From NCBI GenBank assembly GCA_016748015.1, contig JAAOMT010000503.1, positions 211,669 through 275,668 on the forward strand: a stretch of 64,000 nucleotides of DNA. The letters run 5' to 3'. The notes under the pieces are model-generated. The model had not been told where the DNA came from, did no database searches, and worked only from the letters and a program-made list of their open reading frames with translations. The stretch comes from Geosiphon pyriformis uo1 (Eukaryota > Fungi > Glomeromycota). The position numbers were made by a program, and so were the translations under genes. This document shows, piece by piece, positions 1-14,560 of this stretch (position 1 is its first letter; every line of letters begins with the position of its first letter).

Positions 1-368
1 TTTTTTTTTTTTTTTTTTTTTTTTTTGAATTTTTAATTAAATTTTTTTAAATATTTTTTTAAATTTTTAAGTAATTAAATTGCTGTAATTTCTGTTAAAT
101 TAAATATATATTATAATATTATTACAGATTTGTTTTTTTGATATAATAATAATCAGTTTTTTATAAGTTTTTTAATTTTATTTATATAATAAAATTGATA
201 TTATACTAAAAGCTTTTTTTTAATATTACAATATAAATTATTTTTTAATTTGCAGATTAGTTATAATTAGGTATATAATACATAGTAAAATTTTATGCAA
301 ATTTATTATTAAAAGTACCAAATAGTAGTTTTTTATGCTATTATCAGCTATTGCATTAATCAAAGCAA

Positions 369-3300
369 TTAGTAATACAAATATGCAGGCCTCTGCAAAA
401 ATAGTAAATAAAGACATATACACAAAATAATAGTGATTTTGCTTTTTTTGTGGCTTTTGCTATGTAAGAAACTAGTATTTTTGCCTCCATTCATAAAGTA
501 AAAATTATCAGTATTCAATGATTCAAAATTTTTACAGTTAGTAATATGCTTTTTTTTAGAGAAAATATAAAAGCTTACAAAGATCTTATAATCATAGCAC
601 ACTTTATTGGCTTCATTATATTTACACACTCTTTTTTGTTGAACAAACTAGAATTAATTGAAGTATTTTTTTGTTATAACTTGGCAACTGTTTGTTGAGC
701 TTACATAGGAAAATGATTAACCACACCTCTATTTATTGTTTTATTATCTTAAATGATATGTTCAACAGTTTTTTTATGAAAACAATATGACCAAAAATAA
801 GAAAACTGAAACATGATGAGAATAATATCAATTTTGCAAGTAGTTTCCCTTATTATTCATTTTCTATAACTATCATATCTTTTGAAAAACTTCCAGCTTT
901 ACCAATTTTTAATATTTGTCATACTTGTTCATTTGCAGTATCTTTAAAAGCACGAAAAAACCTTCTAATCCAATTTTGGATTGTATTTACTTTTGAAATG
1001 TTTTTCTGTACAATCTCTTTTAATTCTACAAATTTTATAAGTTTAACTTGCATTTTTTTTGCTAATATACAATCTCAAGAGTTTGAATTTCCATTTATAA
1101 AAAAACTTTACAACAACATATTTATTTTTTGACATATGTTTTCCCTTTTCCTTTTCACCCATTTTCTGATTATGTTTTAACACTCATTTTTTTGGTAGTG
1201 AGTATTCTTGATCAATCAAACTATAATTCTTTTGATTAAAATTCTATATAAAACTTTGTGAACACAATAAAAAAGCTTACCTTGGGCTGAAAGCAGCAGC
1301 ATCTTAATTTGTATTTTACAAATATAAGGTTAATATCAAACAATTTTATTATTTTATTTAGAATTAATTCAAGAAAACACACTGATCTTATGATCTTTTT
1401 TTGGTCTTTCTAATAGTTAGTTCTATTATTGATTGATTTCCAACATTATTTATTCTTTGAGTATCTTTTAATTAAATTTAAAGATAATATTGATATTATT
1501 TACATTATTGTTGTTACAAACAACCTTTAGATTAAATTTACCTAATATCTGTAATATTTGCATTTCTCAATCAATAAAATTTTCAGTATGCTCTGAAAAA
1601 GAAGGTTTTGGTTTAACAATTTCTGTATTACATAAATTTGCTATAGCTGTTGATGAATAATTCTCCTAATTACCAACATGTGGAAGTGGCTGCATGTAAA
1701 TATAGCCTGCTAGTAGTTCTTTAATAGGTCATTTCTAATAATAATACTTGGAAATTTCTGGTATAGTTTTTACAAGCACTTTTTTTCTTTCATTTTCTGC
1801 TTCCATTTGACCATGATCTGGTTCTATATTTGCAAAAGAGATGTCGACAAGATTTTAATTGGCTTTTATAATGTTATTATCCTCCATAATATTAAATTCA
1901 ATTTGTACATATCATTTAATTGTATGAGCAATCTAGATAAAATTAGCATAAGTAAAGAAATAATATAATCTAGCTTTATATTTACTTACTAAGACATAAT
2001 ATGAATCTATTATAGTCTTTGCTTTGCCTGGTTTAAGAAACTGCCAATCTAGCATTCAGATATTATACTATTTGAACCAATAACTTATGATAATTATAAG
2101 CTGGGAATTGTGTTAATAAAGACTATTATCAGAAAGTATGTGAATCCATTTTGGTTTTTTTCATATTGTTTCAAATACAGGTTTAAATAATAAAGCTATA
2201 AACCAAGCATTTTGCTTGGTATCCATACTCTAGTGGTTATAAGCTCTAATAAACAATTTATTTTTACCAGGCTTTTTTATAAACACAAAAATTATATACA
2301 AGGTCTATTCTTATTTGCCAAAAAATGCTTTTTTGGTTTCCTTGACTAATTAAAATAATATTTTCATTTTATAATCTGCTATGATTATAGCACCATTTTT
2401 ATCTAATTGATTCAATGCAGCTTTGAATTGTGCATTTAGATAAACTTTTCTTGTTTGATGTGCAAGAAAATATTAAAGTCTATCTTTAATTTCTGCATAC
2501 TGTAAAAATTCATCTGAGCTAACATAAGGTTTTATGAATTTTAACAATTCAAAATGTTCTTGGCACTCTTAACAACATAAAGAATGTTATTTATCACATT
2601 CTTCAAAGGCATATAACAAGCAATAATTGATACAATTATTATGTAATATCATATCATTAGCATTAATTGTCAATTTATTTTCATAAGTTTGTTTCATATG
2701 TCAGTATAGCTTTTTAATATATGACAAGATATTATCCTAAAAATTTAAGTAAGTAAATAATATTAATTATAAAACACAATATATACTAATCCTAATTTCC
2801 TTGTTAGTAAAGATTCTGTGCACCAGTTTTTTTAAATCTGAAAATGCTTTATAACCATAATCATTGTATGTTTAACACAAGCCACCCAGATCTTTACAAT
2901 AACAAATATGTGTATTATTAGCCAATTATCTTATAAATAAAGTTTTTTTTATTCTGTTTGAATAAGTTTTAGAAAATTTTTTCCACAAAGCTTTTTTTGG
3001 TCTTTTATATACAAGATAGGCAAATTTAATTTTAAGTCTACTTTATAAGAACTTATAGTAATATTATTTTTGTCTAGAAAAAATTCAATAAATTGCAATT
3101 TTTTGATTTTGGATATTTTTTGGTAAGTACACTTTGGTTTCTCAAAAAGAGATAATTCAGGACCATATAATTTTGTATGTTTTCTTGCAGCATTTATTGT
3201 ATTTGATCCAATCTAATTTTATAGTAAGTATTAGAATATAACATATTATAAAGATCTTGATTTTTTATCTTAAGCTGTTGTTTTAATATTAAATAAAAAA

Positions 3301-4640
3301 ACTTTTCTGCAATAATAGACAAAATTCTAATTTTACCATATGCTCCATCAATATTAGATTTGTAAGTTAATCTAAAACTCTCCTAAAAAATAACTACTTC
3401 TTTTGAATTATTAATAATTATTGGTTCAGATAGTGTTATACATAAAAAATCAGTATTATATAATGTTTTTAAAATATTTTTATCATAATCAGATGTGTTT
3501 GATTTACTCCAAAATTTTATGTTTGCTATTTTTTTACTATATAGAATAATTTCATAACATCCATAATTTCCAAACATGGCTTACTAAGCAGATAATTTCT
3601 TTTTTGATATAGTATAATCTGGTAGATAAATTTTTTCTAATATTTTTAAAAATTGAACAATATTGCTCTTTTGATTATACTATTTACAAAACAAAGCCAT
3701 CCAATCTAATATTTGCATAGGGATTTTTTTTGACTTGATCTGCTTGTTAAAAACGTGTTTCAGTATGTTTTCATCACTCTATTTATTTAGTGTACATACA
3801 AATGATTTTTTATAATTTATTGATTGGAATAAGAATTGTGTATCAGAATGTTTAATACTAAAAAGGATTTCTCTATTGTATTTGGTAAGAATTTCTAATT
3901 TTTTTTAAATGTTGTTGGATGTTTTGTCTTCAATTAATCTAATACATATTTCATCTTAATATATATGTAAATAACAAGTAGACTTGTTAATTTCTTGTAT
4001 AATGAATTGTTATTGTCCACTTATCTTTGTTATTATTATTGAGATATATTCTGTTTTTACACCATAGTAATTTTTGAAAGATAAACATCCAATTAAATTA
4101 ATAATAATTGTATATTTTGTCAACTTTTAGAAACAATAATACAAATAAAATGTTTTTTGTTAATTTCTGAACAAGAGCTTTATTATTAAAACCAAGAATT
4201 GAAAGACCCAAGTATTCTGTCTTGACACTAAATATACTTTAATACAAAATATTGATTGTAATTAAAGATGAGTTTTCAATATTACTAGATTCTGAACTAT
4301 TTGTACAAATAAAGCCAGGTTTCTAATAATTAGTTTGTTTTACTATTATTATTATAAATTGTTGTTTGTTTAGTTTAAAACCAACACATATATACAGTTG
4401 GTAAGATATAATAAAAACCTCATTTTCAAATTGTTTTTGAATCCACAAATTTCAAGTAAACAAATTATAATGTGTTTCAAAAATAATAAGACCTTTGTCA
4501 AAGAAGTTTACAGTGTATTATTGACTTTGAGCCATATTATGACAAATATTAAGAAAAACAAAACATTTAAAAATAAAAAAAAAACTATAATAAGTATAAT
4601 TACTAAATTTGAATATTATTTGTCGATCATTTAAATCAAG
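369..4640 (-). mobile_element. Decayed DDE DNA-transposase gene, Sola-like (subgroup tentative), with introns
   Basis: Minus-strand motifs GAIIIADYKMKI..KETKKAFFGK (~2320-2395), LSDNSLY*HNSQ (~2100-2135) and WQFLKPGKAKTIIDS (~2005-2050) match, in order, a D..D..(D/E) RNaseH-fold transposase pattern. GTAAGT...CTAG intron at 1933-1989. Many stops, CpG nearly absent. Ends not resolved. Confidence 0.6.
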
Positions 4641-5249
4641 TAATATCTGATCTGTGAATTAATTTTTTATTGTTATGTACTTTTTTTCAAAAATTAAACT
4701 AAAATTTACTTACTGTGTTAAAAAAATTTTTTAAAGCTATTTTTATAATTATTTAATGTTTTTTTAATTTAAAAACACAAAATATTAATAGTTTTTAGCA
4801 TTTTCTTTATTTCTACAATAAAACTTTTATTAATTAATAATAATGTAAATAATTTTAATCAAAAATTATTTTTTTAAAAAATTCAACTAATAAATAATAA
4901 TTTTATTTAATAAATAATATCAGTAAATTTTTTGATATTTTTTACTATAATAATTCAGTTTTTAAAACTATTTTTAATTTTTTTTAATTAAAAATTTTTT
5001 TAATTTAAAAATAAAGACTAAAAAATAATTAAATAAAAAATAAAATTATTAAAATTGTTAAATAAATTGTTAAAATTTTTTAATATTAAAACTACTATAT
5101 ATATATGTTTATAGTTTTATAAGAATAAATATTATATATATATTTTTTGATATTTTAACATAGTATTTACTGTTATTATAAAATAATATTTGTTATTAAT
5201 ATTATCTAATAATTAATATTATATTAATTATTGTTTTTTTAAAATTATT

Positions 5250-5900
5250 ATTGTGTTATATTATAATTAAATAGTTTATATTATTTTATAATTCTAATAA
5301 ATTTTTGAATCATAATACCAACTAAAAAATTATTTTAAGAATTAATCTTAACTTTAATTGAAAATTAAAATAAATTATAAAAAATTCAATTTAAAATCTA
5401 TAAGTTTATTAATTTATATTTAAAAAGCTTATTAAAAATTTTATTAATATTAACAAAATTTAAAACAAAAACCATTTTTTTCTTAGCTTATATCTAATTA
5501 AATAGTTTTAAATTAAAAAAAACAGATAGTATACAGTCTTATTTAAAAAAATTTTAAACAAATTAACTTTAAATTTTAATTTTTTTTTGATTAAATAATT
5601 TTATTTTTTACAAATATTTTTATTAATAACATTAACTTAAGTTTTATAATTAAAAATAGACTTCAAAACAGCTAAAACCAAATACAAAAATTGTTTATTA
5701 AAAATTATTTTTTACAAAACCAAAGATAAAAAAATCTTATATTCAAATTAAAATTAAAAAAATTTTTGATTAATAAAAAATACTTAAATATTAGTAAAAT
5801 TCATTTGTTTTTTACAATTAAAATTAGAAATTTTTTTATATTTTAAAAAATACTCTTAATTTTAAAGTTAATTGAAATGATTATTATTTTGTTTAAATTA
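5250..5900 (-). mobile_element. Highly degraded internal fragment of LINE-like RT region
   Basis: Recognisably colinear with 44160-44460 (e.g. aaaaccaaatacaaaaatt...aaaaaatacttaaatat). Boundaries approximate. Confidence 0.5.
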
Positions 5901-6052
5901 ATTACAATATATTAATTTTAAAAAATTTATTAGCAATATTTAAAATGTTTTATATATTATATAATATTTATTAATTTAAATTATGTTGTTAATAAAAACA
6001 CTAATAATAAAATAAAAAATCAGATTTATATTGAATTTAATTTTGTTGGTTT

Positions 6053-8760
6053 TATTATTATTATTATTATTATTAAGTAAGACCCAATTATTATTTAGTA
6101 TATACAATCAAACTAAGTGATCCAGACTAAACACAACTTATATACTAATTATATGTGACCAGTTATTCAGACTGAACAAAGCAATATTAAACATTTATAT
6201 AAACTCTTATATTATTATCTAAACCAATAAAAAATAAATATAGTTTGCACTTATTAAAGCTAATTACAAAAAATTCAATCATTTTAAAAAGATAAACCAC
6301 ACTATCTGGCAAACTAGTCACTAAGTCAGCAGCCAAACCAGACATTATACTGCTATTATTTACTAATTCAGCTCTTTTTATATCTATTCTAAATTTAGAT
6401 CTAACAAGTCAAATCTTTAAATAGTGGTTCTTTACCATTCATTTCAAGAATACAATCATAATTATTAGGGCTTTTTTTCTGTTTCTAAAGACTTTTACAG
6501 CTTTTAAACATTATTTCTTTAACACAAACTTTTTGCAAATAGTAATATACAAACTAATATCAAACAAACACCTTAACAAAGTCTTCAAAATCACAGATAA
6601 AAAAGGAGTACAAGTATCTATTAAAGAAATCTAGACATCAAAAAATTTTATTAATATCTTTTTACAAATTGCATTATTTTTAGAATAGGTAAAAGCATGA
6701 TCCAAAAGTTTTATTTTACTACACAATAAGTTTAAGACTCCAAACTATTTTTTGTTATACAGTTTTTTCTTAACTGCAATTGGTAAAAGCTTATATACAG
6801 TTTTTATTAAGTACATATACAAATTGACAGATTTTTTGTTAATAAAACTTAACAGTATATGTGAATCAAAATATCATACTTTTATAGTAGACAGCCAATT
6901 CACTTCTCAGATTAATATCTTAAATAACACTTAAAGATTAAGATTATTTTTTTATTAAACATAACAAATTGACCTATATAAATTACAGATAAAATAACAA
7001 GCATTGCCAAAAATAGTTATTCTCTTAGCCAAAATATATTATTTATGCATACTACTTAGAAAAAACCTCAAAAAATATGCTGCTTTGCTCACCAATCAAT
7101 TAGTTTTAATATTATTCAGAATATTTAAATAACTCTTAACTTAATTAACCAAAAAAATTTTATTTTTTATCAAATTGACAATATGTTTTCTTTTCATTTA
7201 ACAGTAGTTTTAGAAGTTAAGTATTATACATCCAATCTCAAACATATATATTAATAGCAATTTAATTATTTAGATACAAATTAACTATACAAAAAGATAG
7301 AATACACTTTAGAACCAAAGCAACAGTCTGTAATTCAGCTATTGTTAATGATAAAAAATTATATATTCTAACTCTAATACTTATATTAACAGCTAAAAAG
7401 TAAGCAACTACTTCACAAGTGACTTTAACAAAACATAAATTTTTTAGTAATCTATCTATATATATTTCAATAGCACTTAACCAAACTTTATACAAACTTT
7501 TATAAACATCAGAAAATTTGACAGAATTCAGAACATTCAAATTATTATGTCTGCTGTTTTAATTAAAAACATCTATTAAAAAATCAATATTAAGCAAAAA
7601 CCTTAAAACTAACCTAAACCAATATGGTATAGGATTTCTAAGATTCAATTTTTTCTAACAATAAAATATTTTCCAATCTACCACTTCCCCTTTTTTGTTC
7701 ACAAGTCTATTACTAAATACCACTTTAAATCTTTTTAAAGAGCAAACTAATTTATAGTACAAAGTTTTTCCCATAATATCTAATATTAAAAACTTTTCAA
7801 AGTCATAAAACATACAAAACAGATTGTTAGTTAAAGACATATTATTAACCAAGAAAATTTTCATCACTTTAGCCAAAAAATTTTTGACTAAACTAACATG
7901 TAACTTAACAAGACATTTTAAAAGATTTGAAAAGGTCCAGCTTAAAACTTGTAAATCCAACTGTTTGTGATCAAACAAATATTCAAGAATGTTCAAAGCA
8001 TTAAAGAAGATCACTATTACTGTTGACTTGTTTTTAGTCTGTATTTGTTTAAACAATTTTAAACTATACAGAAAAAGATAATATAATGCTTTATTGAGAA
8101 AATTATATAACAAATTGGCTTTAAACTTAACATTTTTCCTAATTATAATATTTTATTTATAATATACATTTGTTAACACAAAATTAAACTGAGATATATA
8201 ATCAACTATAGTTTATAAAACAGCAGATACTAAATAAAAAAATTGTTTATCTGTGATAGCTTTTCTTAATATTACATTAACAAAAAACCTAATATTAAAA
8301 TAAGTCTTAGCTAAACTTGGCTTGAATATTCTCTTAGTTAACAAAAAAATTCTTAAATATCTGTGTACTTTGTCTCTTTTGGCAAGTCATTGATTCTTAG
8401 AGAAACAATTTTGATATTTTGGTTGATAAGAATAGCCACTATTTTTTTATTGTTAATTGAAATATTATTGATCATAAAAAATTCACTAACAATGTTTAAA
8501 GCATATTGTATAGAAGCCTGACTATTTTTAACCCAAATTGTGTTATTAACAAATACATTAATGGCAAAAAAAAGACATCTTATTACTATTCTCTATTTTG
8601 CTTATTTTTGTTACAAACTTAAAGCAAATCTGGTATTTACACAAATATTTATGTTTTTTAACCTTATACAAAAATAGATTATAAAAAATTCTTTAAAGAA
8701 AAGATGAAAAAACTTTGTCTTAGTTTAAATTATTATTACAAGTGATTATTTGAGGTGTTA
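6053..8760 (-). mobile_element. 5'-truncated non-LTR retrotransposon relic (RT C-terminus, RNase H, 3' UTR, (TAA)n tail)
   Basis: ORF pieces 7655-8113 and 7262-7540 (LTIAELQTVALVLKC, RNase H-like) are homologous to the 11-14 kb copy. Shared 3' motif at ~6130-6185 and a TAA-repeat tail at 6053-6075. Confidence 0.75.
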
Positions 8761-9460
8761 AAACAAATAACAAATTCATAACTTGGTGCTTAATAGCTTG
8801 TACAGTTGGTAATATTTAAAGATTTTTTGTGATTTGAAGATTTTCATATTTAAAGGTTTTTGTTGAGTTCTTTGTATAATGAACAGAGATTCAATAGTTG
8901 GTTTTAGTAATCTTCTGAAATGAGTATTCCATCAAATTTTTTTCTTCAACATGATAGCTGATTTATTTTGGCAGTTGTGTCTTTCTGGTAAGTTATTCTT
9001 AAATTTTTAAACTCTATACCTTTATTTCTGGGTTTTTTACCAGACTATTTTTAACATTAATTAATCAGTACTTAATTTTTTAATCAGTTGATAAATCAAT
9101 AAAACAATAAAATAAAAAAAAAGAAAAAAAAAAAAGAAATTAATATTCTATTAATAATTGTAATCAAGAACTATTGTTTTAGCATAGTTAAGTATTAGAT
9201 ATTATCAACATGAAGTATTGATAATGAAAAAGTGATTAAGATTCTCAATCAAATAACAATAACATAAACTGGATAATAGTATATATGTTTTATTTAAATA
9301 ATTTAATGTATTTATTTTGGTTAATAGTAACTATTCATAAAGTAAGAGTTAATTAATAGATAAGAAAAAAAATATTAAATTGGAACTAACATTAACTTGA
9401 ATATTTTTTTTACTTCTACTGCTATTGCTATATATATATATATTTGGTGTTATACAAGAT

Positions 9461-9564
9461 TCTTGAAATTCTGGGATTCTGGAATCCTGCAATTCTTTAT
9501 GAAAAATCTTGAGATTTTGGGATTCTAGAATCCTGCAATTTTTTTAAAGAAATCTTAAAATTTT
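9461..9564. repeat. 46-bp tandem repeat (about 2.3 copies) with an internal palindrome GGATTCT(A/G)GAATCC
   Basis: Units start at 9461, 9507 and 9553 (tcttgaaattctgggattctggaatcctgcaatt...). Confidence 0.8.
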
Positions 9565-9624
9565 TCTGTTACTATGTTTACTTTTGATTGGCTATTTCTC
9601 TAACTATAATACTCCTAATTTTTA

Positions 9625-12600
9625 TGAATAATAATGTCTAAAATCAAAAAATTTCTGAACTATTTGATTTCAGTTTGTCTAATTTTCAAGAACAAATTTT
9701 TAATAACAGTTTTGGGCTTGTATACATACATGTTTGTAGTAGTATAAGTTAAATAAACAGTAAAAATAAATACACTTATTGCTAAGACTGTAAATTCTAA
9801 CTTTTTTGTGATTATAAGTAAAGATTTTAATAAAAGTAATTTTGAAAAAAATTTAAGTCATAAATTGTGTTTAAGTTTAAATTTAGTTAATATCTTTAAA
9901 AGTCAGTTTTCACTTAAGATATCTACATAAAACAACTAAAAAAGAGGTGTAAAGATTATTAATTATTTATTTATAAGTAAGAATTTTTTATTAATATTAA
10001 TTAAGCAAATAATTAAAAATGTTTTAAAGTTCTTTAATACAGATTACAGAGCAGTTTTGTTCTTAGTTAGATTAAATGGCTTATTTGAGGTGCAAATAAA
10101 TGTTGTTTAGAAACAAACTAATAAAAATTATTAAAAATTCAAAATTAAAGATGTAAGTAAATTTAAGTAAGCTAGTTTCAAAAGTTATTCATCCTCTTTA
10201 CTTTCTTTGGCAAAAATTAAATTTAATAATACCAATAATAAGAGTAATTTAAACACAATATGAAAAATTTTGTAAAATGTAATAATTGATTTGGTAGATA
10301 AGATGTTTTCTAAATTTTAATACAATGAAAAAAGGTGCTTTTTTAATAAACAATTATTAATATTTCACAAGTTAGAGTTATTGGTTGCCAAAATAGCCAA
10401 AGCACTAGATATTAAAGACAAAATAATATCAAATTATTTTATACAGGTCTGGTTAGTTGTAAATTGTGATAAGGCTTTGAAAATTCAATGCTTAATTTAG
10501 AATAGTGCAAACCCAATTAAAATATTTTGTTATTTATCCAAAATTAAAAAAAAATATTGCAAATTCAAACTGTATAAATTGAAAATTATTGAAACTACAA
10601 CTATCAATACTACAATTGAAAAAAAGATGGAAAATTTCTGTACAGATAAGAGCCATATAATTAAAAGTATGCTAAAAAAGTTTTTTTACAGTGTAATTTT
10701 GAATTACTTAATAATTAATAAGGAATTAATTTTGGAATTTAATAAAATTAAAACCAAAGTAGATAAACTAATAGAAAGCTAGACCAAAAAATGTAAAATC
10801 CCAAATTTTATCTTTGGAGTTTGAACAAGTTAGTATATATTGTTTAGAATATGTGGATAATTATGTCTTTTTAAATATAATAAATAGTATAGAGTTTAAA
10901 AAGCTGGTTTAAGTAATTAAGAAATTACCAGACAAAAAAACTGTTAATCTGAATGGTATATCCAATAAATTGTGAAAGCATTATGAAGAGAATATTATAA
11001 GATATCTGCTAAATCTGTTAAATTTTTGTTTGTTTCTAAATAAGGTTTCTATATTGTGGAGATGTGTTTGAATTTCAATAATATCTAAGCCATATGAATA
11101 AAAGAGATTATTAATAAACATTCAACTTATTGCTTTAATTAAAACAGTAAAAAAAATTTTGTTCAAGATTTTTTCTGATTGGATTTTTTTTATTTGTAGC
11201 AAATTTAATGTGTTTTATGAAAACAATTTTTCAGTATTAAAAGGTACTTTAACACAAACTCCAATTTTAGCTATAGACTCTGTAATTAAGAATGCCTTAG
11301 AAAAAAATAAAAAATTGTGGCTAGTTTTACAAGATATGTACAAGACTTATGATTCAGTTAGCTGATATTTTCTGTAAAACAGTTTAGTTAAAATTAAAAT
11401 ATATAAACAGTTTATTATGTTTTTTGGGAATATTTACAATGATTAAATTAATTGGATTATAACAGATTTTAAACTTTTAGATAAATATATAGTTTATAAT
11501 AGACTTAATCAAAGAAAGATTTTTTTATTTTTGTTATAAAAAAATTTTTATGATATTCTGCTTTGTAAAATCAAAAGACAAAAATAATTATGTGATTACA
11601 AAATAAGTTCAAAATTTTTTACAAAGACTGGCAAAGCTAATTTCAGAAGTAACAAATCTTTTTTTTTGCTATAAGTATTTTCATTAATAATACTATTTGA
11701 ATTAAAAATTACATAATAGCAATTTAGCAAATTTTGGACATTGCAAGTAAATTTTTTTTTATTAATTACAGTTGTTATTCTTATTAATCAAAAAGTAGAG
11801 AAAGCTGTATGGTTTATTAGTGGGTCAAGAATTTTGGTGGCTAAAAAAAGTGAATTTTATAGATATTTGAAGATTTTTCTGTTATTTAATGACTTGTTTA
11901 AATTAAGCTTGGTCAAAACTTGCTTTGATATTAGGTTCTTTTTGAATGTAATTTTAAGGAAAGCTATTACTAAAAAACAATTTCTGTATTTGGTATCTGC
12001 TGTTTTATAGCTTATAATTGGCTATAAGATACAGTTTGGTTGAATTTTAGAGAGTATATATAAAAAATAAAACAAAATATTAAGAAAAAAACTAAAACTT
12101 AAGACTAATCTTTCTAAAAACTTTTTTAATAAAGTAATATATTATCTTATATTATATAATTTTAAAATATTTAAACAAATGCTAAAAGAAAATTTTTTGG
12201 CTAATTTGATCAATTTTACTAATGTAAGTAGAATTTTTAGCAGTTTATTTGAGCACAAAGGTATAAATCTACAGACTGCCAGCTAGATGTTCTGGCACTT
12301 TCTACAATTTTTGGTCAAATTGTTAATTAATTTCATAAATTGTTTTTTTGGTAGATGTAATATGTGCTCTTATATTTTGTAATTTGTTTTTGAGTGGCAT
12401 TTTTTCTAATAGTTTTAAAGCTAAAAGTCACATTGCAGTTTTGAATATGCTGGACTTAAATAATTATATAAGTATGAAAAAACTTCTTAGGAAATTTAGC
12501 ATTATTTTTGTTAACCAGCTTTTAAATTGTTGTGGCATATGTTTTATGTAAAACACTTTTCACAAGTATAAAAGACTAGACCTTAGAGGTTTAATTTCTA

Positions 12601-14140
12601 GTTAATTTAGTTTGCTGATCAAGTTTATTAAAAATAATAGATTGGTAAATAATAAAATGTTGGCTTTTTGTTTAACTTTTGTTGACCACTCTTATAATTT
12701 AAATTATGTTAGAAAACATCTGTTAGACTTTAAATTAAATAGTATAAATGTTTATATAAATGATTTTATTGAAAATTTAAATTTGGTAAATACTTATAAA
12801 AATATTGTTGTTTACTTCCAAACAACAACATGAGTATTGGGATTAAAGTAAATAATTTGCTTTTTTTGACTTTGGTAAAATTACAAATTATTGTTTTTGC
12901 TTTAGATTGTGTGTTTATTTTTAGCTCTGTTACTTTGTTTATAAACAGCCAGATGTTATTAAATATGTATTATTTCAATAAAAAAAAATTTGGTTCTAAT
13001 TTTTGTAGTAAATATTGAATTGAAAAAAAATATATTTGCCAAGTTATTTTAAAAAAAGATTTGTTAGTTAATTAGAAAAAAGTCAAAAACTATTTTAGTG
13101 TTATTGAAAATAAGCATATTAATTTTTATGCCAATATTGCTATTGCTTCTAAGTTTATTTTAGTTCTTTGGATGTCATGTTATTTCCTTAATATTGAAGA
13201 CAAATTTGTCTTTAAAAATGCTTGTTATTTTGTCAAAAATTTGTTTGATGTGATTAATTTTGTTAGTTAAAAGTCTAAATGTTATTATAATATTATAAAT
13301 TTAATGATTAAAATGTTTAATGTTTGACACTTTAATAGTAAAATCTGTTCTGGCTATACTAGTTCTTCTTTAGTAGTACTTTGGTCTTATTTTATAAAAA
13401 TATTGTATCACTATTTACTTGTAATCAAAAAAAAAAGATTGTATAATTTAAAATATTTAAGTATAGCTTACATCTAATATAGAATGTTAAAAAACTTTAA
13501 TTACATATTTTTATATACAAATGATAGCAACTTTAAAAAAAAGTTATTATAAAACACTATTATAAAATAAAATAAGTTACTAAACATATCTGTTAAAGAT
13601 AATATGATTGTTTGGTCTTTATGTGAAGCCAAGCTGTTTATTAATTTATATATGTTATTGACTAAGAGCTTTGTGCTAAATAGTTAGATAAATAACATAA
13701 TACAATGTTTGGGCACTGGATTTGATAATAATGTATTGGTTATTAAATTGGTTTGAAGTTTGATTAAAATTACAGATTTGTCATTTAAATGCCAGCTGCT
13801 AAGTTGAAATTTTACTATAAAAAACATAATTTTTTGCTGTGTGATAAGTTAATTATTTTTTTAGTTTCTGGTTTGTTATCTTTGTGGTCTTTTGAATTAA
13901 TTTGCAGTTTTGGTATTAAATTAGATATTTATATTTGCTTTGAATTATATTCAAGTTTGTTTAATGTAAATTTTGGTTTCTTGAAAAATATTTTTTCAAT
14001 AAATAATTTAAGTGTATAGTGTCATCTTAGTTGGCCCAAGTAATTGGTTATATTAGAAAAAACATGAGCTATGCTTAATTTAAAATCTTGTGAGATTTTA
14101 TGTACTTAAGTAATAGTTAAGCTGTACTTGTAAAACAATA
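9625..14140 (+). mobile_element. Decayed non-LTR retrotransposon ORF2 (APE endonuclease - RT - RNase H) with 3' UTR and A-rich tail
   Basis: NNFSVLKGTLTQTPILAI..LWLVLQDMYKTYDSV (RT, 11159-11365). Catalytic FVDDT has decayed to FINNT (~11680). RNase H-like region ~12740-13140. 3' motif ~14025-14060 followed by an A-rich tail. Riddled with stops. Confidence 0.85.
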
Positions 14141-14560
14141 AAAATAAAAATAAAACTTTTATTTAATATAAAATAAAATAAAATAAAAAATGTTTTTTTA
14201 GTAATTAAAAACTGTTTATTTTTAAAAAAGTTTTTTAAATATTATTATCCAAATAAAAAAACCAATTAATTACAAAAAAATACAATTAACATATAAAATA
14301 ATAATAATAAGTAATAATATAAAATAATTAATAATAATATTAAATAATTAGCAATACTTTTAATAATAAATTAATAGTCAGTATTATTATTATTTAAATA
14401 ATTTAAAAATTAACAAAATAAATATTTATTTTTTAAATTAATATTTTAAAATTAATTCGTTATTCATTATTTTTATTAAATTTAATTAATTAATTTATTT
14501 TAATTTAAGAAAAAATTTTAAGCAAATTTATATTATTATTATTATTTACAAATTAATTAA

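Noticed and set aside
9461-9564. CRISPR-like palindromic repeat
   Set aside because: Only about two units, no unique spacers, eukaryotic context and no cas genes.
9448-9726. Apparent MITE/solo LTR with TGTTATACAAG...CTTGTATACA ends
   Set aside because: The right end is LINE endonuclease coding sequence (VLGLY) and there is no TSD.
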